Assembly: GCA_964276515.1 (NCBI GenBank)
Contig: OZ193909.1
Coordinates: 19,530,001-19,594,000 of the forward strand
Direction of reading: 5' to 3'
DNA from: Gordius albopunctatus
Taxonomy: Eukaryota
Length of the DNA stretch: 64,000 nucleotides
The notes under the pieces are model-generated. The model was given only the letters and a program-made list of their open reading frames with translations, had not been told where the DNA came from and searched no databases. Positions 22,201-37,200 of the stretch are shown piece after piece; within the stretch, counting starts at the first letter, position 1, and the number at the start of each line of letters is the position of its first letter. The translations under genes and the position numbers were made by a program.

Positions 22201-25200
22201 TTAATAATCTTTTCGAATTCAACTCGAACACCTAAAATATTCCATTCTATTCGAAATCCAGAGACGTAGTAAAAAGTGAAGAGACCTACATTTGGTCTTT
22301 GTCGACTTGGAGAAAGCTTATGACATGGTTCCTTGCGATTTAATATGGTGGTACCTGAGAAAACAAAATATCGCTGAGGCATATATACCATTTAAAAATA
22401 TTTATGAAGCCGTTTGGACGATAGTTGGAGACTCTAAATCTTATTGGGTTGAAATTGGATTAAAGGATCTGTTTTATGTCCCTTTTTATTTTATATAATT
22501 ATTCATTCAAAAGCCATTGTCGTGGTGTATGCTATATGCCGATGATATATTTATATGCGAAGAAACAAAAGATAAAGTATTCGCGCTCCTGGTTATGATT
22601 TAAAGATCAACAATCTAAAAACGCTATACATCGATATGAACGGTACAAGCAGTCCATCGCTGACTCCTAAAGTAGACAAGTTTACATACCTCAGCTCGAT
22701 GCTACATTATGAGGGAGGTTGCGCAACAGAAGTAAATCCCCGGATCCAAAAAGGATGGCTTAAATGGCGAAGTTTATCGGATATAATGTGCGACAAGAAA
22801 ATGCAAATATGGTTGAATAGCAAAGCCTACAAATCCATCGTTAGACAGGTGTTACTCTATAAAAGTGAAACAAAGGCCTTAAACACCAAGGAATAGTCAC
22901 AGAGATTAGAATGATAGGGGGTAGCTTGGGCTATACTAAGCTCGGTCATATGACGAATGACTTTCTCATGGAAAAATGGGTATTTAGCTTATGGCGGACA
23001 TGATTAGCTAACAATAATCGGCTAAGGTTCTATAGGGATATACTAAAAAGGAAGACGAATGATGCCAACCAATAAGTACTAGACATGGAGATACCAGGGA
23101 AGAGAGGGAGTGGACAAACTCTTGTCACGTGGAAAGGGTAAGTCGATATAGTTGTGAAAACAAAAGAGATTTGTCAAGACATTGCACTTATCCGGTCAAG
23201 ATGGAAGAAACTCATTAAAACAAACCCCACGACTGTGGGACCAAATAACTGATGAAGAAGTAGATTTTTAGTAAACTGTGAACCAAATACTCTAATATTA
23301 TACGACTATATCATAAGTATAACTTAAATTAATTAAAGCAAACTCAAAATTTATTGAAGACGAATTTATTATTTTAATTATTATTATTAGCTGTAATCTA
23401 CAATACGCCTTTATATATTAATATAGGATAGAGCTGAACACGCTGCATTATTGTTCTACCTACCATTTATCGCTATATCACTTGCTTGTCATAATCATAT
23501 TCGTTTAAATAAAAAAGCTTCAGGTGCATAAATGGAGCATTTATTAGATAATTTAAATCTTACATCGAAGCATCTAGAATTCACATTGACCCATTTAGCT
23601 AAATATTTTAGAACAATACCTCTTGATTAATAACAAATTTTGAGCTACATTAATGTAAAACATTTAGCTAGTAAAGATTAAGTGGCAGGGTAAAAACTAG
23701 AGTGTTATGAAATTTAACCCAGGTAGCTTTACTCTATTGTTTTGGTTTTCGGCACGTAATTAGGATCCTCTTCGGGATTCCAATAGGGGATACTGTCGGA
23801 ATCAGGGTAAAAATTATAGTAGACGTCACCACAAATGGACCAAGGTGTTAGCACTTCACACTCATAATCGTCTCCGCATTTTTCCCCAATACTTGTACCT
23901 AAGGGCATGATTGGAGGAGATAGAGCGCTATATAAAGTGTGATTTTATTATAGTTATATACTTGCATATTTAATGGAATAGCGTTAATTATTTTATTATC
24001 TATTGGGTTTATTTGTTTTAATCTATATTTATATATGTAATGTAACAATCTACTTTGGCCGATTTTGGAAACCAAATTTGGCCAGATAATTGCATTGGCA
24101 TTTTAAATGGTTTATATATAATTTTTTATCCACAATAGCTAGAATCATCCTTCTTTAAAAATGGAGTTGTCATCTAGCGAAGGCAATAATAAAATATTCA
24201 CCCTACTTATTTTTCTCTGTATTACTTACGCCTCTGGAAAATATTCGAGATTCGATTCGGATTCGAATCGAATCCTTATGTGTATTTTCGAATCGAATAT
24301 GTACATAGATGAGATTCGAAAATTCGAATCGAATCCGTTAAAAATGTCAAATTTTGATTTATTAAATTTAATTAAGTAGACGAGAACGAGATGCAAAAAT
24401 CAGCTGTTTTTTTCTAAACGCATTTTAGTTGTTTTTCCTGCTATAATTTGAAATTTGAATTTTTAAACTGCATATTATAATGTCCTCATCTTCAACCCCC
24501 ACTTCTAATGTATTAAGTAAGTTTTTTTCAGTTAATTCATAATACTTAAGGGCTCTCTTGACCATGACTAATTAAACAAGCCTGCAGTGATTATTTCAAA
24601 AAAATGCTCTTGTAAAAAGTTTAATATAAAAATTTAAAGTTCCAATTTTAAAGTTTGAGATTAAATGGTTCACTTTTGAATAATATAAAGGGTTTACACT
24701 TTTTAATCCTAAATCATAGTAACCTTTTATATTTGTTTTTTAATATAAAATTTTTTATTTATATTCGAATTCGAATCTTTAAATTTTTTTTGAATCGAAT
24801 CCAAATCTTTATTTTAATATTCGACGAATCTCGAATCGAATATTTTTTAGTAAAAGAAATCTGCGCTAAAGGTTTTTCTCCTATTGTTTTGAATTTGTGC
24901 CTCAAATTTTCACTTACCTCCTCGCAATTTTACACATTATAAAGCCTGTGACAAATTAAAGTCTTAGTTTGAAAATCATCACTATTTTATTAATTTAAAA
25001 AAAACTCGCACTTTTAAAAACTATCTTCATTTTTAAGTTTCCTACAAGCACCGATCTGTATAAAGCAAAAGGTACAATTTACATTAACAATTGTTGCATC
25101 ATTTTATAGTGCCTTTTTTTAGGTGAAGTCTATATATAATAAAAATATAAAACACGATCAATAAATAAATAAAAGGCGTGACTACTCTTCATCTTCATCG

Positions 25201-28200
25201 AGGGCCAGAGGCCAGGTGTCGGAAAATGCCTTATAGTTGTATTTGGCTATTAAAATTCCTATTTTTTGGCGCAAAAGAAAGCTTAGCATGCATATTCTTG
25301 AGTAATTATTGTTTTGATTTCAAATATCAGGTATATCAAAGTTTTAACTTTAAATCACAATATTTAAATTTTTCCATCATTAGGCCCTTTTCTATTATCA
25401 TGTTTCATGTACTAATCACATTAATTTACATTATATAGCATTATAATTTTTTTAATCATAAAGTCTCTTACATATGATGCCTATTTTATCGCAAACATCC
25501 TATTAAAAAGTACTAATTATTATTATCTGATGGATAACTATAGGTCTGCATGGGCCGGGGCAGCCACGGGCCTAAAATTTCATTTTGCCCTCTTTCAAAA
25601 TTATTAAAAATAAAGAAATGCATGTACTATTTGGGGAAAAAAGTTTGGTCTAGGATATTTAATATAACAAAAGCAGTAATTAATAGAAAATCATGATTAA
25701 GTTAGGTTAGGCGGCTCATAAAAATGGATCAAATCGAAGCCCCCAAAATAGAAGGCTTTTATTTTTACACCACAAATTGGACTTTTTGGTGTAGAATTTT
25801 AGAGACATTGAGCCCCTGATCTTAATTTATTCAAGTGTGGTGCCACTAGCGATGGATACTTTCCCGGGAAATTTGTTTAAGGAAAAATTCCCAGAAGAAA
25901 ACTGGAATTAACGGGAAAAAACAAGAAATTAAGGAGAAAAAACGAGCGATATAGATAAATTAGTATAAAAAAATGTTAATGAGTATGATTGTGACTAATT
26001 AAATTTATTTGTGGAACAATATAAAGAAGCAAATACAAGCATACCATAATTAAATATAAATCATAGACATAAATTTTCAATATCAGAATCTTCGATGGGT
26101 AAAGACAATGACTCATCAGAAGATGATACCAAATCATTGTAATCTTGTCAAATTGTTTATTCAACAATGGACCTCCAATTGCTTTTCAGGAAGGGGGTTT
26201 GTAAGAAGGTTTTATAAATTTGAAAAATTCCTTCCAAAATGGATTCACGGTAATATTAAATGGACAGTTAGACATGAAAATAGCCAAGCTAACCTTTCAT
26301 CTAATTTTTGTTGCTGAGATTGAGTCATGCTATCAAAGTATTGTATAATATTGGATGTTGATTGTTTTGGGTCACATAAAGCAGATGTTTGTTGTATAGG
26401 GCATTTTTCAGGCATTACCTCACAAATTGATGATTGTGGAGAGGGGGACAATAAAAATACTTCTTGACAACCTTTTTTCCTTAAAAAAATCTGGGCACTT
26501 AGCTATATGACTTTTCACTTTAGTCGAGTTTTGATTTGAATATTTAAAGTTGCAATAATTGCAAACAGCTATAAAAGCTTTCTTATTTAATGATAAATGT
26601 TTGGAAAAATGTTTCCAAATATCAGATGTTTTTCTTGGCATCTATTATCTAAAGAAACCAAGTTTAATTACATTAAATTTTAATGATTATTGTTTTTAAA
26701 AAAGTATAGATTATTCTTACCAAAATAAAATTGTATATGAATTGAGTTTATTAATATGGCACAAATCTCAAAATAAATGTGGCTAAATTCTTATTAAAAC
26801 ATTGAAGTTTAAATTTACTTGATTTAGATATAACAATTAATTCTATATTAAAAATACTATGCTTACATAAATAAAATATATACTTAACATTACTTGATTT
26901 GAAGTTAGTAAAAAATATTTTCACAGTAAAATGGCAATATAAAATATAATAAATTGTGCTAAAAATTTAATTAAATATACAGCATATGTTAATTTACTTT
27001 ATATGAAAAGAATTTTATATTCAGAGTAAAATTGCAATATAAAATTTAATGATTTTGCTAAATATTTAATGAAATCTACAAGCATGTGTTCATTTACCTT
27101 ATATAGAAAGAATTTGATATCAAATAAAAAACTAAATATTAATGTAACTTGAAAACTTATATAATTTTCACAAGTGAAAAATGAGAAAATATTTTAAAAT
27201 ATTAGTTACCACGAGTTAAATATAAAATGGAACTAAATCAAAATGAGATATGAATCAAAATTGATCACAGTATTTAACAAAAAAAAACATATTTTTAGGG
27301 GAATTTTCCCTGGGGAAAAATTATTTTTCCCCGAGGAAGTTTCCCGGGAAAAACGGGAATTTTCCGTGCCATCCCTAGGTGCAACGCAATTATATGTCAA
27401 AATCAACGGGTTGGTTGCGGCCCGAATAAAATATATTTGGGCGGATGTGGGTGGACCTCACCCCACTATTTCGGCCCATGAAGGTCTATTTAAAAAGCGC
27501 ATAAAAAAATAAAGAGTTTTTCAATTTAGCAAACTACTCTTTATAAAGCTTGACAAACTCAAAATAAACTAACTTTTATTAACCATACTACTTATTATAC
27601 TTTGTGACATTCGATTTTATATTTATGAATTGCGTATCTTCTTACCTGCTTGACAGTTTCCCTTGTCAATGGAAAAAAAATTGGGCGGGCAAGTACACAT
27701 TGCTTTAAAACCATGAGAAGAACACGTGTTAGGTCTAGCACATTGGCTTGATATATTGCACTCCACATAATTCAGAATCTCTAAAAAAATTAGAATCATA
27801 TAGATTGTATTATAATTTAAAAGCCATTTCCGCCACGTGGAAGAAACCCACTTTGTCACAATGGGAGTAAGGTTACATTTTAGTACACGACCATTAAAGT
27901 ACCCTATCTTAATATAGTTCCCAAATCAAACTGAGGTAAATGATTTCAAAGTCTAAAATGTAATTTAAACTTATGAAACATATGACTTAAAATCACCTTT
28001 GAACATTTGAATAGGGAATATATAAAAAGCCACGGAGATGAGAATGATACGGTGCAGCTTAGGATATGCTAACCTGAATGACGAATGATTGTCTCAAGGA
28101 AAATGGGTATTTCTGGAATCGGTTGGGTGGTATATGAATAATGTAAATTAAAATGTTTTGGGCATGCAGGTGCTGGGGGGAGAGGAAGAGAACGACCGAG

Positions 28201-31200
28201 TATTAAACGAAAAAGGCATATAGACAAAGTTATGAAAGGTGAGAAGATAAATCATGACATGGCGCTCACCCGATCACAATGAAATAAACTTATCGAAACA
28301 AATCACGCCACTGTGGGAGCTACTTCATGATGAAGAAGAAGCGCTTCATTCCGTTTAGTATCAGTCAGACTGGTAAATGCCTAATATTTTTTAATATCAA
28401 TTAAGCTATATAACATAACATAGTCAGGTTAAAACGGCCTTAAATTTAAGTCTTTAAATCACCCACCAGAAAAAAACCTAAAGAAAATGGGCATACCGCT
28501 ATTAACACGGTCCCTAGCTTAGCTTACTTCGAACAACCTATTTAATTTAACGTCGGCCGATGGTTACAAATGACCCCTTTCAGATGTCTGGAGGGAGACT
28601 CGGGTTAGCTATAGGCCTGCGTTTCAGTTAGAACTTTATAATTTTGCGATCACTGTCCTTAATCGTATTAATGAGAATTACTATTCTCTTTATTGCATAC
28701 ATAACAAGGGACGGTATTCCCGTCAAACCATAATTAATAAAATCATCGAGAAATCATTGAAGCAAGCTGGGTTTCAAACACATTGAACCCGCCACCCAAA
28801 TCTCTACAGATGGCAAGAGACCTGACGAAGTTTCTAGCTGTCCTAGGCTTGCGGCCTAGAAGCATGTTGGGACTTTACAGTAGTGAATGTATTTGAAATA
28901 TCAAACAGCCTATCCGGCCTAAACTTTCTAAATGAGAGAGAGAAAGAGGAACTTTACAAATATTTAAACAATTTAATTGACCCCCCTGAGGTAACCACCC
29001 CCCGTTGGTAGCCAATATTTAAGTCAAATATTTAATTACATTAAAGCATTCACTCTCGACCCCAAAATACTTTCTATCTTTAGTAAAGGATTACTGTAAA
29101 GATTGTCAACACCTATACAATCTCGATAAATGGCACTCTACCAGCTCATACATTTATGGGCATCATAGTTATAGGCAGGACTTCTTATAAAATTTGTTTA
29201 ACGATCATTAGAGCTAGTATTACCTATTTTCTTTTAAGGAATTGCCGAATATAAAAAAGCATCATCTTTTTCATGACCTATAAACTATGAAGGCACACAT
29301 ACTTCAAAGTTCCTAGTTTTACATATTGTGTCTATTGAACTCTTTCTCTAACAGCTTAGAACTAAATTTGAGTCAGAATACTATGTTTAAAGAAATTTCA
29401 GGGTCATTATGCGAATTAAAACTTTAAGGAGCTGCTTTGTCATTAGAATAAATAGCGTTCGGGATATGCTATTGTCGATGAAAAAAAGCAAATTCAAATA
29501 TGATTGAGATTTGCAATTAATTAATTTATAAATTTAGATAAGTCAAAATAATATTATTTACATTTATGAAAAGTATTTAATAAAATTTTTAAAATATTTA
29601 AACTGGCATTTATATTTAAATGTTTAAATAATTCATACTCCTTGATAGCAATTTGTTCAATAACTTAAAACTACTAATAGCCTTTGCCATCTCATCAAAC
29701 TTAAAACTAGTATCTATCATTAAGCTTATATAATAGAATATGTTATATTTAAACTTTATAGCTATTGAAATTTGATATCTTTTAACTAAACCTAAAAATG
29801 ATAGTACACACTTGTTCAATACCTGTCATTTAGGGTACGGGCTATTGTATTAGGGGCAAAATGATTTACTGCAAACCCAGATTTTAGGAAATAATAGATA
29901 TCGGACAGTCAAAATGCATCTTTTGTATTAGCATTATGAAGTAATTATATTTTTACAAATTTAAATGCCAGCGAGTGGTAAGTAGATAAAAAAAATTTAA
30001 AAGCTTAAATATGATCTTTCAAAGTACTTAGACAATATGCCTCATTCATATAAATCAATTGAGAGTATACTTTCGTAACAAAGGTTGTTGTAGTAATAGC
30101 TTTTAGAATTGCAAACGCAAAGTTGTTTATAAGCAACGTCCCGACACTCACTCCACATATCCCCTGCTAAACATTCCTTATCATTCGTACATTCTTCGCC
30201 CAACTTCTTGCCTTAAATGTTACATTATATATTTCATATCAAATTGGATTTATATAAAGTTTCTGGAGTTTAGAATCAATCTAAACAACATCGCTTTTGA
30301 AGGAGAAGGGATTAATAATAATCCATGGGTAAAGAATATATGATTATTAATTCACGGATGTTATCCTAAATAACAAAAAAGATTTGATTACAAGCGCACA
30401 TTCACGTTTTATGATTGTGTACTAGCATGGAGTAAAATTTAAAACTACAAACACTAAGCTTTATAAGTTCATTTTTTAAATTCTGCTGCATTCTATTTCT
30501 ATAGAAAGCAAGACTAAAAATTATAATGTTAAGTTTACCTATAAACAAGGCGTAATATGGGGACAGCCGCCACCCCCCTATTAATCCAAATCGGTATTTG
30601 CCTTCCCTAAATCTTTGTCCCCCTCCCCTAATTCAAATCCTGGCAACGCCAATGCCTATATATTATGCATATTCTAATTAAATAAAGTATTAAGATAGAT
30701 TTTGAGCAAACAATTTACCATAGCCTTAATGTAAACATCTTTCATATAATCGGAACACAATTTTTACACTATTTCTTTGTAGTAAAGAGCGTTTAATATT
30801 ACTTTTAAAACATTCGTAATCTAATTTTTCTCGGGGATCTTTGCCATATTGGGAATCGCATTTACATAGACCGTAATGGTTAGGTCCATCTCTTTGGCAC
30901 ACTAACCCCGGCTTACAATGATCGACTTCGCATTTTTGTTCACCTAATTTAGCTAATAGTATCCATGATTAAAACAACCTTTAAAATATGTGTTTGCCGA
31001 AAATTATCACATTTCTCCCTATATTAGGCATGACTTAATATTTCATCAAATGTCATTTTTAAACCTCAAAAATTGTTTAATTAAAAATGTAATGTTTAGA
31101 TATCTTCAATCTAATGAATATTTAATCTCTTTACAATCAATACACATAATGCTACAAATTTGGAAAAGTTATGGAACAATCTGAAGTATCTCGAAACAGA

Positions 31201-34200
31201 AACTAAGTTTACCATAAAATTTAATGACAATGCTCGTAATTTGAAAACTAAAAATACCAGGAACACATGCGCGATGATTTTTTTTAGCGCAAAGCGTTAA
31301 TCCCGGAGCATAATCTGTGTCGCATTTGCAAATTTTATCGATACAACGCATGTTGCCTTTCATGGCACATGGCTGCGTTGCGTTACAAGGCTCTCCGTAG
31401 TAAATGTCTGATAATTTATTAATAAGATAGTCATTTAAGAGTTTTAAATATAAAAGTTATAAAAGCTCTAAACACTCTAAAAACTTTTAACTTGCTGGTT
31501 TAAGCAAAACATCGAAATTAGGATTTACACTACATATGAAACATTGTACACCTAGACAATGCATAAAACTTATTGCCTATCTAATGTCATAAATTAGATA
31601 AATCGAATTCAGCCGCTTTTTAAGTGTTCCTCATTTTAAGTAATATAGTAACGTTGCAAAGTTTATATAAAAGTTTATTTGACAAACTAACTACCTTTTT
31701 TAAAGCAAAGGTAATTGCTAACAGTATCACAAGCCGTTTTAACGACGATTTGAGATTTGCCTTTAACGCGGAGATATAGGCATTCACCTACACCTTTAAC
31801 TTCCAATCGGCTATCTTTGCTAAAAATTATAAATTGTCATTTTAAAATGAAGTAGCTTAACCATATTTAAGTATAATTCGTTAAGTGCTCTTAAACATTT
31901 TCACTACCTTCATTAAAAAAATTTTAAGCCTTCTTAATCGCGCTCTTTACTAATTTATATCAAACCACATCATTCACCAAGTGATCATCAAAGGAATCTA
32001 AACTCATGGTTACTTACTTGGGATCAAACCTAGCTTGTCGGCCATCTTCGTGATAATATAAATTGTTTTTGTTACGAATTCCAAATCTCCATAGAATATC
32101 TTGTTTCTCTCGTTCAAACATTCGACCAAGAAACACCTTTTAAAATATAGCATTGTCGTTTAATATAAATTTATTAATAATATAATTAAAAACTGTATCT
32201 GTTACAAGCTTTTATAGAATTTTTTTTCCCTATAGCTGTTTGTCAAATTTAGTGGTGAGCTCCTTCAAGTAGGTTCTCCATGTATTCCTGCATATAGACC
32301 AGCTTCGCTTTAGCTCCTACCTTCTCAAGTCCATATCTATTTTATGCTTACATGTCAGTTTAGGCCTCCCTCTCTTTCGCTTACCTTAGACTTGCACTTT
32401 CTTGATACGATTTGCCAAGTGACTTTCCTCCTGTCTCTCCAAATGGCCATAACATCTCAATCTTCTTACCACCAACTTTCTCTGAATAGGAACTACATTT
32501 AGTTTATTCCTTATGTTTTTGCTTATTCCCAAGATCCATCTTAACATTCGCATCTTCATTGTAGAAAAGCTTTGCTCCTCTTTTGCATTAATAGCCCAGG
32601 TTTCCCCTCCATATAATACCGTGGGTACTGTTATATAATCGTCCTTTCAATTTGAGTGGTATGCGCTTGTGACATAGGACACCACTTAACTCCCTGAATT
32701 TTAGCCAGCCTGCGTTTATTCTTGCATTAATTTCGTTTTCCACACCTGCATCACATTGTACCCTAGAACCAAGATATATGAATTCTTTCCTACTGCTTAA
32801 ACACCAGTCATCGATTTGCAGGTGTGTTTCTTTGTATTTATTCCCCGACTCCAAACATACATATTCAGTTTCATCTCGGTTGATCCTAAGGCCTTGGCTT
32901 TCAATTCGTTCCATCTACACTTTTACCTGATATGCTAAATCCATTTTTGAGCCTGCGCACAGGAAGTGATTCGCCTTTCGGGTTCTTTGTTATCGAATCC
33001 ATTATTAGAACCGATTATTGACTCACCGACATTTAGACTGAACCCCTTTGATGTACAACTGGATGTGTGAACTTTGGTTTTTGCGTTTCTATACATATAC
33101 TTTATTAACATTATATAAGTGTCGGGTACACCATTGGAACTCAGGCTATCTCATATCAACTGTCTTGGAACTTTATCGAAAGCTTTCCAAGATCGATGAA
33201 ACACATATGAAGATCCTTTTGTTTTTCCTTATATAATTCCATCACCTAAGGCCATTTATTGCAGCTGAAGTCGACTTTCCAAGGATCAACCCAAATTTTC
33301 GTTCATCTATTGAGATTATTTTTCGGAGTCTAACTTCTATAACCTTTTCCTACACCTTCATTACGAGACTCGTTAACTTTATCCCTCGATAGTTGTTGCA
33401 TTCTTGTACATCTCCCTTCATTTTATAGACAGGTATAACATAGCTTTCCCTCCACTCATCAGGCATCATACCACTTGCAAGTATTTTGTTAAACAGCTTT
33501 GCAAGTAGATGTACACTTAAGGGTCTTAGTATTTTGAACCATATGTATATTATCAGGTTCCACCGCTCTACACCTGATCAACCTCTTCTTCTGTCACTTC
33601 TAACTCTGAATCATATTCATAGTTCTTGCTTTCGCAATGGTCCGAAAACACATTTTCACTGTTTAATAATCCTTTATAGTATTCTTTCCCACGATCTATG
33701 ATTTGATGATCCAGAGTTAGACTGATGCCATCTTTGCTCTTTATTGTTTTCACGTTTACCACATCCTTTGAGTTCCTTGTCCTGGTTTTGCTATTATGTA
33801 GAGCATTTTTTCCCCTTCTTTACTGGTTAACTTGGCATTCAAATTCTGGTAGACCTCTGTTTTAGCCTTGGCTATACAAAGTTTTGCCTCAGTTCTAGCT
33901 TTTACATATGCCAATCGTGTTTCTTCATTTGAGTTGCCTGACAATGATTTCTATTCAACTTGACCAGGCGCTGCACGTCTTCGTTCCAACACCATGTCTC
34001 CTTATCTTTTTGCATACCTGCTTTATCTTCTCCTAGAACACATCTCGCTACTGATCATATCGTGTTAGCTATGTTATTTCACATATCGTTAGCATTCTGT
34101 TGATCATCTATTTGCAGCCGTTCAACTATTTGATTATTGTAAATATCTTTCAATTTTGTTAGCCAGATCCATTTTATTTTCCCATTTAATCTCATCGGCT

Positions 34201-37200
34201 TTTGTGTTTTAGCCTTGGAGATGGTATAGTCCATCACAACTAGTCTATGCTGGGCTGCAATAGATTCACCTGGTATCAACTAACAATCTCGTACATTATT
34301 TAATTACTTTCTTGATATTAGGAGGAAGTCAATCTGCGAAGATCGATTTCCACTTTTGTACGTCATTAGGTGATTCACATTCTTTTTGAAGAAGGTATTT
34401 GTGATGGCCAAATCAAATGCTACGGCTATTTTCAATCTTTCGTCGCCTTCATCGTTTCTCGCTCCGTATCCATTTCCACCATGGTACAGTTCAAATCCTT
34501 CTCTTGTTTTGCCTACTTGACCATTCATATCGGCTCCAATTATAACTATCTCAGCTCTGGGTATCATTCGCAGCCTTTCGTCTAATTCTTCCCAAAATTA
34601 CTCCTTTTCTTCATCTGTGCAGCCTGTTTGCGGAGCACATCCTGAAACTACATTAATCATTTGACCTTCTGTGCATAGTTTAAACATCATGAGCCGCCCA
34701 CTTTTTTTTGTGCCTCAATGACTTTATCTTGCAGATGTGAGGCTAGTACGATTGCCAAGCCATTTTTATTCGTTTCTAGGCCATTGAAGTAAGGTTTATA
34801 GGCTTCACCTATCATCCTGATTTTGCGCCTTTCCATCTTGTTTTCTGTATACACTTACACGCTATATCGACCCGTCGCTACCTCACGGCAATTTGCAGTC
34901 ATCGTTCCAACATTTAGCGAGCCCACTCTCAATCTCGTCCTTAGAAAACTAGTTTCTTTAACTGCATCCGTTTGCCAAAGATGTAGTGACCCTCGTTGAT
35001 TTTTCACATGATACGGGGGCCTACCATGCGCGTCGTTTACGGAGGACGCCCTAGCGCTTTCATTACTCTCATTATTACGAACTTTCATAGCACTTGGATC
35101 AGGGGTGAAGCTAGGCTATCCAGGCCTGAAAGCAGTGTTGACGATGTGAGATATTTTTAATCTTTGAAATAAGTGCCAGAGGTGGTATCAAACCAGCAAC
35201 CTCGTGCTTCAAAGTCAAAACTTATACCCACTACGCCACCACATAGGCTTTATATTTATCCTTGTTATGCCTAATAAATTTTTCCATATATATTAATAAA
35301 GTTAAGTAGATCTTGCACATTGAGGAGCTAACTAATGGCACGCGCAAAATGGCACAATTCGAGCCCGAGCTCGACTTGTCTTTTATGAAAAACCTTTAGG
35401 ATTGGAGATTTTACCATATACATATAATAAATCGGATTGTTAAAAATTGAATTTTATATTAAATGTTTGGAATAAAGACTTCTAATTCTCTTGTTATAAT
35501 TAATCAGCTTTTAACATAGAAATAAATTAAACGTATCAATATAAAATAAATAAACTTTCAAAATTTTATATTCACATATTTTATTTTTAAGCTTATTGGC
35601 TGCTATATAAACACACAAACTAAAATAAAATTTGCAATTTTGATTCAAAAATTGTTAAAGACATGGTGGAGGGGCTGAAGGTGGAAATCTATAATATGTA
35701 CGCTTTACATCGTACGCTTTACAAAGATATTCATATTATATCGATTGATTTGAGTTTATTTAAAGCATATTTTAAAGATGGTTAGGTTGCTTTGGTTACT
35801 TTGGCCCCGGTTCGGGCCTCGGATCATAGTGTATAATTATGCCAGACCCAAGCCCGAGGCCCAAATATATTAAAGAACTTGCAAGTGCCTGCTAGGAACC
35901 TTGGGCGGCTCGTGCAGGGCTCTACAGAAAGCACATTAAATAAATATATTTTACTGGTAACCAAACTGAAACAAATTTAATAGTAACTATATCATCGATT
36001 GATTTAGGGCTCCATAGGGAGTATCCTCTTGTATTGCATCCATTTAAAGCCGCATCTCCAGCCAATTTATCACCCATTGTAGCAATGATACAGACTTCTC
36101 TGTTGGGATTAACCCTAAACCCTTGATCGGGGCAAGGCAAGCTACAGTAAGCTTAGAAAAAGAAAAGGATCAGGTTGAATTGACTTAACTTAAAGATAGT
36201 TTAATGAGTCAATTATTGCTAAATAAATTACTGCATTCACTAGCATCTACCATCGCAGCCCAACAAACCTTGGCATGAAATGAATCACACGTGTGTGCAG
36301 AAAACCCGTCTTTGTCAAAGGCCAAGCAATCTTCATACAGTGATTCTTCGCTATATTTGGGTTCGCCTGCCTTCCAATTTCTAAAAATCATTAAAGTGTG
36401 TTTTGTTAAATTCTTCTAGGAGTAGTATAATTATCCCTTTAACATATTTATAAACATATAATAGGGGTCATCATATATGGCCTCACATCTAAAGCACCAA
36501 ATTCTAAAACGCACATTAAATTGAAGTCTAACAATCACATTATAATCTTGATTCTAAATCTTATTCTATTTTAATGTAAAATAATAATAAAAATAATATG
36601 GGATTATTAATATAGTAATATCTGTATGGTTTAATATTTTAAACGTGATTTCTACATAAAATCAGCCGTGAAATTCATTTGTGGACAACCGGTAGATGAA
36701 ACGCAAGTGGCTAGATTAATTTTTTTTTCATATGTCAGAAAGACTCCCTCTATAGCTGTATCCGTGATGCCAATCCAAGCTTTATGGCTACCAACTTTTT
36801 CTTTGACCCACAACTACATAGATTATATCAAATATATTTACAACAAAGAAATGAAATTTATGACTTAAAAAATGTATCTTTATTTAATTTCTCATTTATA
36901 TCTAAAAGATAAAACTAAAAAATTGTTATGACTTTTAACCTTACAATGTTCCTATAACTAACTAATTAAATACGTTAAAACCGATCATAGATGGGCCAGT
37001 AAAGGATGTGTCAAACTACCGGGACAAATAAAGAGGGGGGGAGGGGCAAGTCCTTAATTTATTTGTGATATATTATGACCCAACTTAATGTTACTAACTC
37101 GTAGCAATAGCCTCTATTAAATCTGCTTTCTGCTCGAGTTTCTGCTTGGGCTCAATGCTTGAACCGCTGCTCAAGCATCTGCCTAGTGCACCGAACAGCG

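Noticed and set aside
29100..29940. Additional SEA-like exons of gene A
   Set aside because: Splice-like signals are present but no stop-free, phase-consistent path could be built; left unresolved.
30803..30952. Apparent frameshift suggesting gene A is a pseudogene
   Set aside because: Recounting gives an intact 150-nt phase 1-1 exon with six Cys.
35174..35248. Functional nuclear tRNA gene
   Set aside because: Acceptor, D and anticodon stems do not pair properly; treated as a tRNA-derived head.
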